A stretch of 64,000 nucleotides of DNA, from the IMG/VR virus record IMGVR_UViG_3300035698_027145, positions 828 to 64,827 of that record; one strand, given 5' to 3'. Shown one piece after another: positions 30,201 to 39,417 of the stretch. The DNA comes from a virus (Duplodnaviria > Caudoviricetes). The translations under genes were made by a program, and so were the position numbers. The notes beneath the pieces are model-generated. The model saw nothing but the letters and a program-made list of their open reading frames with translations. It did not search any database and was not told where the DNA came from. How positions within the stretch are numbered: position 1 is the first letter of the stretch; each line of letters begins with the position of its first letter.

Positions 30201-33200
30201 TAAGTATATAGGTAATGTTGAGACTATCACTGAGGATCAGTTGAGAAGTATAGATATGACTGATGGCTTGAAGAGATGGGCTAACAAAAGTTATTCTGTA
30301 TCACTAGTTAAAACTGCTTCTCTTGTTATAGCAGATATGATTTCTACATATCGCAAATCTCCATTAGAGATTAAAAAAATAGCTTCTATTATCTCTGATG
30401 ATCAGGCTATGAAGTCTAAAGTATCTTTCTTGTCTGTTCTTAATTCTCTTCCTCATAAAAAGGATAGTAGACAGACAGTTGCTTCTAATGCTTCGTATTT
30501 TGCAAAAACAGCTTCACAAAATGGTTTGTCAACTGTTGATGCTTTAATTTTGACAGCAGCTTCACATGGCCAGTTCGGAATGAGAGCAGAAGATGTTCTT
30601 GATACTATTGCTCATGTCATCAATAGCGAAACTCAGATGGTAAAGGTCAATTCAATAGTAGCAAGTAAAATGAATAAAGTATCAGATGATAATGTTGTTA
30701 CTAAGTCATCTGCATTTGATTCTGCTATTAAAGAACTTGATAAACCTAAAGATGGTAAATATCAACTAAGAGCAACGATGGAAGATATTGGCGCTCCTAT
30801 TACTGATAAGGTTGCATTCGTTGCTGGCGTAAAGAAATTTGCTCAGGAAATGATAGATGATGAATCAGTAGCAGCAGCAGTTATCAAAATTGAAGTTGGA
30901 GATAGTGGAGAGTTAATTATAGATATCCAAGATGGTGCTGAGGAAGAAATCGTTCCTGATGACATCGGTGATGTTATTGAAGGCCCAGTTGAAGATATAG
31001 ATGCTGATATTAATGGCGATGAGGTTGGATGTCCATTCGAAGAAGATGGTTTGGAAGAAGATGGTTTGGAAGAAGAGACTAAAGATGCTAGAATGCCAGG
31101 TGCAGAACAAGGTGGAATGCAACAAGGCAATGTAATGGCAGCAGCTAAAAAAGAAATTAAAAAGACTGCTCAGATGATGGGTGGTGAAATGGGTGGTCAA
31201 GCTGGTGCGGCTCAGGCTCCTGGTGCTGGTGCAGGAATGCCAGGAACTCCAGGTATCGGCGCTCCTCCAATGGAGAACTTTACAGATGAGGCAGGAATGG
31301 GTGAGGAAGAAGGCGGACTCGAAGATAATCTTGAGCCACTCCCTCCAGGATCTATTTGCCCAGTTTGTGGTAGTGATGATGTTAATGTTCTTGATGGCAA
31401 GGGTCAATGTGGCAATTGTGGTTCAGAGATGACTTATAAGGTAGAAGTTAACGTTACTAAGTGGCAAGGTGTTACTCCTGACGAAGACGGTGGAGATGAA
31501 GATATCGAAGAAGGTTTTGAAGGAGAAGGTTTTGAAATGCCAGGTGGAGAAGAAGAACTTGGAGCAGCTCCAGGTGGTATGGAAATGGAAATGGGCGAAA
31601 TGCCAGCAGCCGCTTCCGTTACTAATAATAGAGAAGTTAAATTTGCAACGACTATAAAAATTAAGCCTGAAGCAGTTAAAAAGGTAGCAGCAGCAAAACT
31701 TAAAGTTGGTTCATATAGTCCTGCAACAGGTTCATCTAATACTGTAGACCTTGGAGATGGCAATCACATCTGCTTGGATACAGGAACAAAGTATAAAGTT
31801 GCCTTCATGACATCTAAAGACGGCAAGCAAGTATATGGTCAGTGGGAATGGGTTCCAAGAACTGCATCAGCAATCTGCCCATCTTGTGACAGAGCAAAAG
31901 CAAAATTCGTTAAAGCTCTTTCAAGTGTTAACTTGACATCAGCGAGCTTTGATAAGATGGAACTTAAAGATCAAGTTGAAACAATTATTAAGCTTAAACA
32001 ATCTGGTTCTTTGCAGACTATCAAAACAGCAAGCAAAGAAGGATCAGTTATTGCAGATTATAAATTGGCATACGGTGGATACGGCAAGAGCTTCCCAATC
32101 GAATCTTGTATTGAAAAACTTGCAAGACGTTTTGGTGAAAATGCTTTGTGCTTGAGTGGTCCAGATGAGGGCAAGCCTCTTGCAGCATCAGTATGCAATA
32201 GACTTAAGAAGGCAGACGTTTATACAACAAAGATCGCTACTAGATTAGCTGACAACTGGAGTGATTGTGATGGAGACGAAGAGTGTATTACCCATCAGAT
32301 CCGTTCAGGATATAGCTTAAGACAAGCAGCAGAAGTTTGCTCTACTCTTAAGGTAGCTATAGCAGAAGGTGAAGATTTCTTAGCAGATGGATTAGCAGGA
32401 GAAGAAGAGTTTGATGGCACTCCTGATAATGATCCAGATGTTCCTGTAGTAGAAGAAGTTGATCCATTCGAAGGAGATATGGGTGATGACATCGGTGGTG
32501 GAACAGTTACTCTTGAACTTCCTATGGAAGTTGTAGAGCAGTTAGATGCTCAGCTTGATGTTGCTTTGGGTGAGAATCCAGCAGAAGAAGATCACCACGA
32601 TGATTTAGATATGAATGGTGAAGCTGATATAACTGAAGATCCATTAGGTGATGATCTTGGTGGAGATCTTGGTGAAGCTCCTGTCGAAGAAGCTATCGGC
32701 CCAGGCGACCTAGACGAGACAAAAGACATGGCAATGCCAGCAACTGCAAACCCAATGGGTGGAGAAATGAAACCTGCTGAAGACCCAGGAATGGGTGGAG
32801 AAGTTGGTGCAGATGGATCGACTCCAGACCAAGGAATGGGTGGAGAAATGAAAGATGTAACACCAGGCGTTTCAGAATTTTCACAAAATGTTCAGAATAA
32901 TAAAGGAAATTTGGGACAACCTCAGAATAGTATTACAGTTAATGGGCAACCTGTAGGTGGGAACCCAATGACAGCGGAAACTGTAATGGAAAATAATGTT
33001 GGAAAGGTTGGCAAAACACAAATGGATCTTTCAGGTGTAATAGCGGCTATAAATAAAACTGCTGGGGAAAAAGAAATTTCTCAGTCTAAAGCTCAGGACT
33101 CAAGCGATATCGGAACCTATACAGCAGGTGAAGGTGGAAGCCAAATGGGTCATGAGTCTGATACAATTAGAACTCCTCAGAAGCCTTCAGTTCCAAGAGA

Positions 33201-34065
33201 TAAAGCTCTTATGGGCAATGAAGATGCTGACTTGAATCCACAAGATAAACCTCAACCAGTTATTCCTTCTGAAAATGCAACAATGGGGCATGAAGATGAA
33301 GCAGGTCTAAGCGGTGGAGATAATAGTTACACTGGTGGTGATAAGGGTCAAGGAAAAACAGAACTTGCTTCTATAGATGAAGATCTTTTCCATATGAAGG
33401 GATTTGGAAATTCAAAGGCTGGTATCTCAAGCCTTGCAGATAGAATTGCTAAGAAACTTGCTCCAAAAGAGCCAGTAGCAGACGATCCTGATATTAAGCC
33501 TTTCTCAGATGGTGGAACTATCGGTAAAGAAGAGAAGTTCGATGCAGCAGAAATTAATGAGTCAGATGTTAAAAGTGACTCAGGAATGATGGGACACGAA
33601 AGCGAAACATTGGGAACAAAACCTGATTCTCCAAAGGATCATCCTGAAGTGTTTACAGGCAATGCTCAACAGGGTCAGGAAGAATTAGATAGTGAAAAAA
33701 CAACAAAAGATAAAGGTACAGTAATCGCGAATAGCGATTCGGAGTCCGAGGCTATTAGGGTAGCATCAAGAATGCTTCAAGCAAGTCATATTGAAGCAGG
33801 AGATATGCCATCTAAGATTAGCGAACTAAAAGCTTATAAGGCAGCACAGATTAGAGATATCGAAAAAGCTATCTTTGCTCAAAAAGGACTTAACACTGTT
33901 TCAGATGGTATGTCTCAAACCATACAAATAAATGAGGCTAGCAGCGTAAGAAATGCTAAAGATGATCTCAGCACAAAACTATCGTCATTATTCACTCTTG
34001 AGAGACAGAATGTTGATGCTGATAGTAATGAAATGACTCAGCTTAGAAAAACTTACAATAAGTAA
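27256..34065 (+). CDS. Prohead (maturation) protease with intein, fused to a very long scaffold/core region
   Basis: NDNGDAF, FTNHQN (His), exteins rejoin as ITG-TSMGC (catalytic Ser motif of HK97/herpes-fold proteases), ENSFVVNPA; acidic tail; two genes upstream of MCP. Confidence 0.88.
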   Translation: MAMYKRATFSHKCKVTALNKPKGEGWDIYDLPNQIKTASTTVEGEDLNGFDLKQATTDHPDHLYIKVFAIKKDEPNDNGDAFCEAELKTAAPSFVGVPLFTNHQNDDVEKARGECVHSWYDQEEGGIYIIGRVDKIAYPRLARGIEEGYITGCFPPDAPVLMSDGTEKSICDIEDGDEVISGKGNIKKVLGIRQRGYNYPIVSIQLEGNKQPLVCTSHHNLMVYRLPELCACGCEEELVLKKDKRITSKTFNRKFRTGHNLRGESEEFNHEYIQKIKACELEDGDFLVEPKFVDESCDDYVTENEAFLIGLFLAEGSFEKRKGIRHSAIFNFAHTERDTLAFQCEEKLKKAFATHRNGPTTNYYPGASQTRVNLYGKDIADWFYDRCGEYSDGKILNEKLMKLGKEKTSSLLAGFIEGDGYKVKEKYYGFGIVSSNLTSQLRLLFEKIGVRTNYKVITEDNGRWGYKPVHEVTFGKTTVPDLFWDRLIYKKAEKAKAKAASWHSLEDYTLRRVKEIKEINYDGIVYDIEVEDDHTYCVNHIAVSNTSMGCSVENSICSVCHNNAHTADDYCSHVANRKNRKYTGDLKCSYHNSPTDKQDKCPVCHSTSDDAKTLKHSEQAIFEHNYGLKFIENSFVVNPACHDCGVRCILHAPTVESKVASFQNTVSNLVKEAHLKEGDSALEGFITRLGGMNELQSIKNSMDELEKVTKSMLKQKENISMEYVSQIVKAMSDIQEFYDELIEMGYGALPSPPVMGADDSPPLVAEQPQAAMPPEQMAAQQAPPQPGGSQTSDLGGLGNITLPKNSSRKIEEFSKISGNLINKVTSLEESLRELNKNINSKLNIGAEMATDKKNTKVAASTDNLELITEKQLMKEEESLHPRTGEVYEGITESKEQIGGSERSNDTTSSSPQIRGGTYETTTEDQLKTKSALGESVIHFNEYPDVITEKQWDDFSRDVAGELPDDYTESITQAQIRELLSNHKYIGNVETITEDQLRSIDMTDGLKRWANKSYSVSLVKTASLVIADMISTYRKSPLEIKKIASIISDDQAMKSKVSFLSVLNSLPHKKDSRQTVASNASYFAKTASQNGLSTVDALILTAASHGQFGMRAEDVLDTIAHVINSETQMVKVNSIVASKMNKVSDDNVVTKSSAFDSAIKELDKPKDGKYQLRATMEDIGAPITDKVAFVAGVKKFAQEMIDDESVAAAVIKIEVGDSGELIIDIQDGAEEEIVPDDIGDVIEGPVEDIDADINGDEVGCPFEEDGLEEDGLEEETKDARMPGAEQGGMQQGNVMAAAKKEIKKTAQMMGGEMGGQAGAAQAPGAGAGMPGTPGIGAPPMENFTDEAGMGEEEGGLEDNLEPLPPGSICPVCGSDDVNVLDGKGQCGNCGSEMTYKVEVNVTKWQGVTPDEDGGDEDIEEGFEGEGFEMPGGEEELGAAPGGMEMEMGEMPAAASVTNNREVKFATTIKIKPEAVKKVAAAKLKVGSYSPATGSSNTVDLGDGNHICLDTGTKYKVAFMTSKDGKQVYGQWEWVPRTASAICPSCDRAKAKFVKALSSVNLTSASFDKMELKDQVETIIKLKQSGSLQTIKTASKEGSVIADYKLAYGGYGKSFPIESCIEKLARRFGENALCLSGPDEGKPLAASVCNRLKKADVYTTKIATRLADNWSDCDGDEECITHQIRSGYSLRQAAEVCSTLKVAIAEGEDFLADGLAGEEEFDGTPDNDPDVPVVEEVDPFEGDMGDDIGGGTVTLELPMEVVEQLDAQLDVALGENPAEEDHHDDLDMNGEADITEDPLGDDLGGDLGEAPVEEAIGPGDLDETKDMAMPATANPMGGEMKPAEDPGMGGEVGADGSTPDQGMGGEMKDVTPGVSEFSQNVQNNKGNLGQPQNSITVNGQPVGGNPMTAETVMENNVGKVGKTQMDLSGVIAAINKTAGEKEISQSKAQDSSDIGTYTAGEGGSQMGHESDTIRTPQKPSVPRDKALMGNEDADLNPQDKPQPVIPSENATMGHEDEAGLSGGDNSYTGGDKGQGKTELASIDEDLFHMKGFGNSKAGISSLADRIAKKLAPKEPVADDPDIKPFSDGGTIGKEEKFDAAEINESDVKSDSGMMGHESETLGTKPDSPKDHPEVFTGNAQQGQEELDSEKTTKDKGTVIANSDSESEAIRVASRMLQASHIEAGDMPSKISELKAYKAAQIRDIEKAIFAQKGLNTVSDGMSQTIQINEASSVRNAKDDLSTKLSSLFTLERQNVDADSNEMTQLRKTYNK
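27712..28890 (+). mobile_element. Intein (393 aa) with LAGLIDADG endonuclease next to the protease active site
   Basis: G|CFPPDAPVL, CTSHH, LIGLFLAEG and LAGFIEGDG, VYDIEV..DHTY, ends VSN|T. Confidence 0.95.
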
Positions 34066-34096
34066 AGAAGGTAATTTAATTTAAAGGAGAGACAAA

Positions 34097-34651
34097 ATGG
34101 CTCTTATAGTAGAATATCATGTAGTGGCAGATATGTATGCAGTAGGTGCAACAGCTTTCTCAGCTGGTATGATCGTGGAACTTGATGCAAATGCTTCTGT
34201 TATTCCTCAGGCTGGTACAGGTGCTACCGCTGTTGATAACCTCGGTATCGCAGGTGACTCAGCTCTTAATGCAGAAGGTCAAACAACTGCTTATTCTGCA
34301 CAGGTAACAATCGGTGCAAATGGTGCAGGAACACGTTGGACAGAAAATAGAGTCTCTGACTTCTATGACGAAACAACAGCTTCACAAAAAGTCACTGTTT
34401 ATAACGGTGGTGGAAAATTCTGGATTAGTTCAGATCTTCTTGATGCAACTTCAGCAACACCAGCAGCAGGTAACTTGTTTGGCGCTGGCCCAACTGATGG
34501 AGCATGGTTGGTTCAGGCAGCAGCAGCAAATCAGATCGTTGGTCTCGCAGTTGGAGCAGTTCAGGGATATGATAGTGGAGTTCCTGGAACAGACACAACA
34601 AATGGTAGTATGACATTAGGTGATTACTTCCCAATCGTTCTAAAGATATAA
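34097..34651 (+). CDS. Capsid decoration/cement protein
   Basis: Ala/Gly/Thr-rich, 184 aa, between scaffold and MCP; strong AAGGAG SD. Confidence 0.7.
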   Translation: MALIVEYHVVADMYAVGATAFSAGMIVELDANASVIPQAGTGATAVDNLGIAGDSALNAEGQTTAYSAQVTIGANGAGTRWTENRVSDFYDETTASQKVTVYNGGGKFWISSDLLDATSATPAAGNLFGAGPTDGAWLVQAAAANQIVGLAVGAVQGYDSGVPGTDTTNGSMTLGDYFPIVLKI

Positions 34652-34755
34652 TTAGAACAAAAAGTAGCAAAGTAGTAAAAGAAATAGTGTTAATGTTAAT
34701 TTATATTTTAGGATTCTAAGTAATACCTAAAAATAAAAATATAAGGAGAATTAAA

Positions 34756-35628
34756 ATGGCTTTTGATAAAAATGGTTTAACTGACCAAGAAAAAGAAATG
34801 GTTATCGCTCAGGCTCTAGAGACTGACGAAGGTAGAACAGCCCTTGCACAGGCAATGGTAGAACCTATTAGAAGGGCACTTGAGTATCAAGCTGTCGGTA
34901 GAAAACTTCTAATGGTTGACGAACTTCCACAGGGCGCTCTAGCTCGTTACGAACGTGACGTTGCAGCGATCGCTTGGGTTGTATCTCGTAGAGGTGCTGT
35001 GCCTGACCAGATTCAAGAAGGAGAAGAAGTGTTGGTTCCTACATTCGAAATTGCAGCGAACCCAACAGTTAGACTTAGTGAGATCAAAGCTCGTAGGTTC
35101 TACATCGTAGACAGAGCACAGATCAAGGCTAAAGAAGCAATCCAGAAGGAAGAAGATAGTAACATATTTAACGCATTGCTTACTGCTGTTCCAGCAGCTC
35201 AGCAAATAACAAACTATGGAACTCTTACGATTCCTGCGTTGAATGAAGCGTTTAAGCAGATCGAACAGCATGACCTTGTAGCAGCTAAGATCGTTACACA
35301 TGCTTTCCAGTATGCTTCAATCAGAACATTCGGTAAGGATTTCTACGATGAGGCAACTCAGAGAGAAATTATCACAACTGGTCTTTACGGCCATCTGTGG
35401 ACTGCTGATATTCACGTTTCAAGCAGAATGGATAGTGCAACTGTTCTTGTAGTTGCTAGTCCTGAAACCGTTGGAGCATTCCCAATCAGACAGGACATTA
35501 CAGTTCTGCCTGCTGACGATCCAAAGAAATTACGCCTTGGCTGGGTCATATACGAGGAAGTTGGAATCGTTGTTATAAATGATTATGCAATTGCAAAAAT
35601 CACTATGACAGACGCGACTGTATCTTAA
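34756..35628 (+). CDS. Major capsid protein (HK97 fold)
   Basis: GRTALAQAMVEPIRRAL.YQAVGRKLLMVDELPQG, VPTFEIAANP, LGWVIYEEVG; biased codons; strong SD; terminator follows. Confidence 0.92.
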   Translation: MAFDKNGLTDQEKEMVIAQALETDEGRTALAQAMVEPIRRALEYQAVGRKLLMVDELPQGALARYERDVAAIAWVVSRRGAVPDQIQEGEEVLVPTFEIAANPTVRLSEIKARRFYIVDRAQIKAKEAIQKEEDSNIFNALLTAVPAAQQITNYGTLTIPALNEAFKQIEQHDLVAAKIVTHAFQYASIRTFGKDFYDEATQREIITTGLYGHLWTADIHVSSRMDSATVLVVASPETVGAFPIRQDITVLPADDPKKLRLGWVIYEEVGIVVINDYAIAKITMTDATVS

Positions 35629-35649
35629 TCGTAGTTGTTAGAAAAAACA

Positions 35650-35679
35650 AGGGTAGAACTTCGGTTCTGCCCTTTTTTT
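35650..35679 (+). terminator. Intrinsic terminator (UUCG loop)
   Basis: AGGGTAGAAC-TTCG-GTTCTGCCCT then T run. Confidence 0.92.
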
Positions 35680-35773
35680 ATGTCCAAAAATAACTATTGA
35701 AAAGTGAAAGTAAATAAAGGATTATGGTAAGATATGAATAACTATATAATAGTTATTAAATTTTGGAGATAAA

Positions 35774-36538
35774 ATGATAAAGAAAGAATATATAGATGGT
35801 TTTCTTCTTGGCGATGGATCAGTAGTTATAGATCGCAGGATGAAGAGTAAAAAGGCAAGATTATCATGTGGGCTAGAGCATGAAGAATTTTGTAGATATT
35901 TGATAGGATTCTTTAATGACACTTTTATTAAGAAGTATAAAGATCATCATATGAAGCAAGGCTATCAGTGGGTGGGTAGAACAAATTATTCTAAAGAAGC
36001 ATATAAACAACGTCTTCGTTGGTATCCAGAAACAGATGGCAAAACAGTTAAGCAGGTTCCTAAAGACGTTGTTATATCTCCTACCTCAGTTATGATGTGG
36101 TATCTTGGAGATGGCTCTGTAGTCCATCCTGAGGATGATTCTAGGATTATGCTTAGATTATCAACAGATGGATTTGCAAGAGAAGGTGTAGAGCTTCTTG
36201 TTAAGAAATTAAATGATATTGGCATTGTGTGCCATAGAAATAATGAGAATAGAGTTCAGATCAAAGCTCGTGGCATTCCCTACTTTTTCCAATACATCGG
36301 CCGTACCTCCCCAGTCAAATGTTACGATTATAAATTTGATCTTCCTATTTGGAGATTTGAGAGTAAGAGGATGAGTGAAGTAGCAGGCATCTTAGATGTT
36401 AGTTACAACAGACTATCACATCTTGTGAAGATTGGTAAGATCGAGACATATCGATTAAGCAAGAAGGGTCGTCCTAGGTTTTTGCCGAAACATATAAAGA
36501 GAGCAGAAGAGTTAATAAAAGCAGGAGAATTATATTAA
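35774..36538 (+). CDS. Free-standing LAGLIDADG homing endonuclease with C-terminal HTH
   Basis: IDGFLLGDGS and MMWYLGDGS, LSTDGF; MSEVAGILDVS HTH. Confidence 0.88.
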   Translation: MIKKEYIDGFLLGDGSVVIDRRMKSKKARLSCGLEHEEFCRYLIGFFNDTFIKKYKDHHMKQGYQWVGRTNYSKEAYKQRLRWYPETDGKTVKQVPKDVVISPTSVMMWYLGDGSVVHPEDDSRIMLRLSTDGFAREGVELLVKKLNDIGIVCHRNNENRVQIKARGIPYFFQYIGRTSPVKCYDYKFDLPIWRFESKRMSEVAGILDVSYNRLSHLVKIGKIETYRLSKKGRPRFLPKHIKRAEELIKAGELY

Positions 36539-36555
36539 TCTTATAATGTATAGTT

Positions 36556-37224
36556 ATGAATTGGTATAAGAAATCACAACGATATAAAAAGAGAGAATGG
36601 TCTAAGGATGAGATTCAAACTATTAAAGAATTAATAGAAGAAGGGCATTCATTCGAAGAAATAGGAAGTCTTTTTGGTATGAGCAATTATACTATATTGA
36701 GATTAAATAAAGAGCATGGACTAGTAGACCTTGAAGCAAGAAAAATAGAAAAAGACAAACGGATAATTGGTTTTTATTTGTTGCCTCCAGATGGAGAAGG
36801 GTTAAGCACAAAACAAATCACAAAACAATACGGTATACCTATAACAAGTATTAAGAGGGCATTAAAAAGATTTGGCTTATCTGATCAGTATAGAGATAGG
36901 GAGTGGTATGATTCTCCAGAAAATAAAAAGAGATTATCAGAAATTGAAACAGAGAAGGCTTCTGATCCCGCTTATAGAGAAAGGATGTCTGATATGCAGA
37001 AGCAAAGATATATAGATGATCCTGATTTGCATAGACAGAGATCTGAGCAGGGTAAAAAAGTTCATCAAGATAATCCTCAATTAGCTATTGATAGTAAAGA
37101 AAGAATGGAAGAGAGATGGAGTCAATATCCAGGAGGTTTTGAGGAGTGGGTAAGCACATTTCCTCCTGAAAGACAACAACCGATAAGGGATGCTGTGAAT
37201 GCAAAATATAGGACTCGGGCTTAA
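36556..37224 (+). CDS. HTH protein with MNWYK leader
   Basis: REWSKDEI..IKEL..EG.SF.EIG.LFG HTH; YLLPPDGEGLS; NUMOD3-like helices. Confidence 0.75.
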   Translation: MNWYKKSQRYKKREWSKDEIQTIKELIEEGHSFEEIGSLFGMSNYTILRLNKEHGLVDLEARKIEKDKRIIGFYLLPPDGEGLSTKQITKQYGIPITSIKRALKRFGLSDQYRDREWYDSPENKKRLSEIETEKASDPAYRERMSDMQKQRYIDDPDLHRQRSEQGKKVHQDNPQLAIDSKERMEERWSQYPGGFEEWVSTFPPERQQPIRDAVNAKYRTRA

Positions 37225-37226
37225 TT

Positions 37227-37823
37227 ATGAATTGGTATAATAGACAATTAAAGATATCTGGTGGTCCAAGAAGAGAATGGTCTGCTGAAGAGTTGGAAGA
37301 AATAAAAAAATTAATACAAAAAGGAAAATCGTATAGATATGTAGGGGAGATGTTTAAAGTTAGCCCTAGGTCGATAGAAGGGTTAAATAAGAAATATCAA
37401 TGGTTAAATAAAAAGGAAGAATTAATAAAAAAATATAGGCGGATAGCGAGTCTTTACCTATTGCCGCCAGAGGGCAAAGGGATATCAGGATATCAATTGA
37501 GAAAAGAATATGGACTAAGTAATAGCGATATCGTTTCAGCTTTAAAGTTTTTAAATAAATCAGAATTTTATAGACTTCCTAATGACAAGTATGTAATGGA
37601 GCAGCGTTCAATATCTGCAAAAGAATGGTGGGAAGATCATGGTAGACTAGAGGGATATCTCACTTCTATTTCAAAAGAAGAGGCAATATCTTTTTTGAAT
37701 AATCTGGTATCAAATATCAATAAAACCAACAATAGAAAAGCTTTTAACACATATAACAAATACATGCAGATCATCAACAATCACACCTATCCTGATGAAG
37801 TTCAGCAGGGAGTAACTGTTTAA
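37227..37823 (+). CDS. HTH protein with MNWYN leader, paralog
   Basis: Same HTH, YLLPPEGKGIS; C-terminal KYMQIINNHTYPDEVQQ shared with the next gene. Confidence 0.75.
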   Translation: MNWYNRQLKISGGPRREWSAEELEEIKKLIQKGKSYRYVGEMFKVSPRSIEGLNKKYQWLNKKEELIKKYRRIASLYLLPPEGKGISGYQLRKEYGLSNSDIVSALKFLNKSEFYRLPNDKYVMEQRSISAKEWWEDHGRLEGYLTSISKEEAISFLNNLVSNINKTNNRKAFNTYNKYMQIINNHTYPDEVQQGVTV

Positions 37824-37824
37824 T

Positions 37825-39300
37825 ATGAATTGGTATAAGAGACAATTAAAGATAGCAATGCCTAGAAGTTCTGCAAAAAGAGGATGGACAACAGAAGAAT
37901 TAGAGAAAGTGAAGAAATTAGTAGAAGAAGGAATGAGTTTTGAAAGGATAGCAAAGCTGTTTGGAGCATCTGAGAACTCTATACGCCAATTGAATGCAAA
38001 GTATAAATGGGTAGATTTAGAGCTAAGAAGGAAAGAAAAAGAGTTAAAGTGGAAAGAAGAAGATGAGAAGATAGTTAATCTTTATCTATTACCTCCTCGA
38101 GGCGAGGGAGTGTCTGCCAGAGAGATAAGAAGGAGACATGGATTTGGTCTTAAAAGAGTGCAAAAGGCATTAGAAAGATTAGGGCTATCAGAATATTACA
38201 GAAATATATCAGATACTAATAAACGAACATATGACGAAGAAACAATCAAAAAAATAGATTATTTATATAAACAACCTCCAGAGGGATTGGGTTTGCCAAT
38301 GCATGAAGTGGCTAATCGTATTGGGTCGGCTAAAGAATCTTTAAAGAGATTTTTTAATGAAACTGGAAGGAACATAAGGACAGTAGAAGATCAGTTAAAA
38401 TTATTTAATCCTCAAAAATCTAGTAAGTGGGAAGAAGTTGAAGCCAATAAAGAAGAAATTCAAAATATGTTAAATGAAGGATATTCTAAAAAGCAAATAG
38501 CAGAGTTGTTTGAAGTTGGTCCTCAATTAATGATAAAAATGTTGAATAGATTAAATGTTTTTAGAGATTTTAATAAGGTCAAACAAAAAGCTCAAGAGAT
38601 GATGGATCAAGGGATGCTCCTAACTGAGATTTCAAGGAAGTTAAAAATTGATCCTAGAAAAATTAAAAAAATGTTTGATCTCGAGACTAAATCTAGGAAT
38701 TATAGCCCTGGTGTTCCTATATCTCCAGAAGAAGGAGATGAAATAATAAGATTACATATTAAAGAAGAATTAAGACCTACTGAAATATCTAAAAAATTAA
38801 ATAGACCTATAGCTAGTATTGTTGATTTTTTAACACGCAAAGGCGTTTATAAGAGATTAAGGGGAGATTGGGTTAGATTCGATCCTACAGAAGAACAGAT
38901 TAAACAGATAGATGATTGGTATGCTTTGCCTCCGAAGGGAGAAGGTAGATCTCTTATATGGATAGGTTATAAGTTCGGATTATCTGGCAGTCAAATGGGG
39001 TATTGGTTTCATAAAACAGGCAGACCTGTTAGAAGTTTCGAAGAGCAGGTTGCTACCGATGCGACTAAAGAAGATATAAGTTTAGCTAAAATTATAGACT
39101 GGGAAGAAAAAGGGGGATTAAAAGGTTTATTAACAGATTTTTATCCTACAAGACAGCAATCTATAAATTATTTAAACAGTTATGTTCATAGGTTATTACA
39201 GCAGGGAGCTAGTAGAAACAGAGCTTTTGGAACAAGAACTAAGTATATGCAAATCATCAACGATCACACATATCCTGATGAAGTTCAACAACCTGTTTAG
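37825..39300 (+). CDS. Multi-HTH protein with MNWYK leader
   Basis: About seven HTH-like units; Y..PP.G.G repeats x3. Confidence 0.75.
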   Translation: MNWYKRQLKIAMPRSSAKRGWTTEELEKVKKLVEEGMSFERIAKLFGASENSIRQLNAKYKWVDLELRRKEKELKWKEEDEKIVNLYLLPPRGEGVSAREIRRRHGFGLKRVQKALERLGLSEYYRNISDTNKRTYDEETIKKIDYLYKQPPEGLGLPMHEVANRIGSAKESLKRFFNETGRNIRTVEDQLKLFNPQKSSKWEEVEANKEEIQNMLNEGYSKKQIAELFEVGPQLMIKMLNRLNVFRDFNKVKQKAQEMMDQGMLLTEISRKLKIDPRKIKKMFDLETKSRNYSPGVPISPEEGDEIIRLHIKEELRPTEISKKLNRPIASIVDFLTRKGVYKRLRGDWVRFDPTEEQIKQIDDWYALPPKGEGRSLIWIGYKFGLSGSQMGYWFHKTGRPVRSFEEQVATDATKEDISLAKIIDWEEKGGLKGLLTDFYPTRQQSINYLNSYVHRLLQQGASRNRAFGTRTKYMQIINDHTYPDEVQQPV

Positions 39301-39308
39301 TATTTTAC

Positions 39309-39336
39309 AGGGTTGGCTTCGGTCTACCCTTTTTTT
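39309..39336 (+). terminator. Intrinsic terminator (UUCG loop)
   Basis: AGGGTTGGC-TTCG-GTCTACCCT then T run. Confidence 0.85.
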
Positions 39337-39417
39337 ATGTCCAAAAATAATGTTGAAAAGTGATTAGCGTTGATATATAGGTATGATGTGAAGAATTAAG
39401 TCAGGAGAGTTGCACTA

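Larger units (their letters stand above)
35670..39363 (+). repeat. Direct repeats flanking the four-gene block after MCP
   Basis: CCCTTTTTTTATGTCCAAAAATAA identical at 35670-35693 and 39327-39350, each followed closely by TTGAAAAGTGA. Confidence 0.85.

Noticed and set aside
34756-35628. Encapsulin nanocompartment shell
   Set aside because: Context with terminase, portal and prohead protease identifies a phage capsid.
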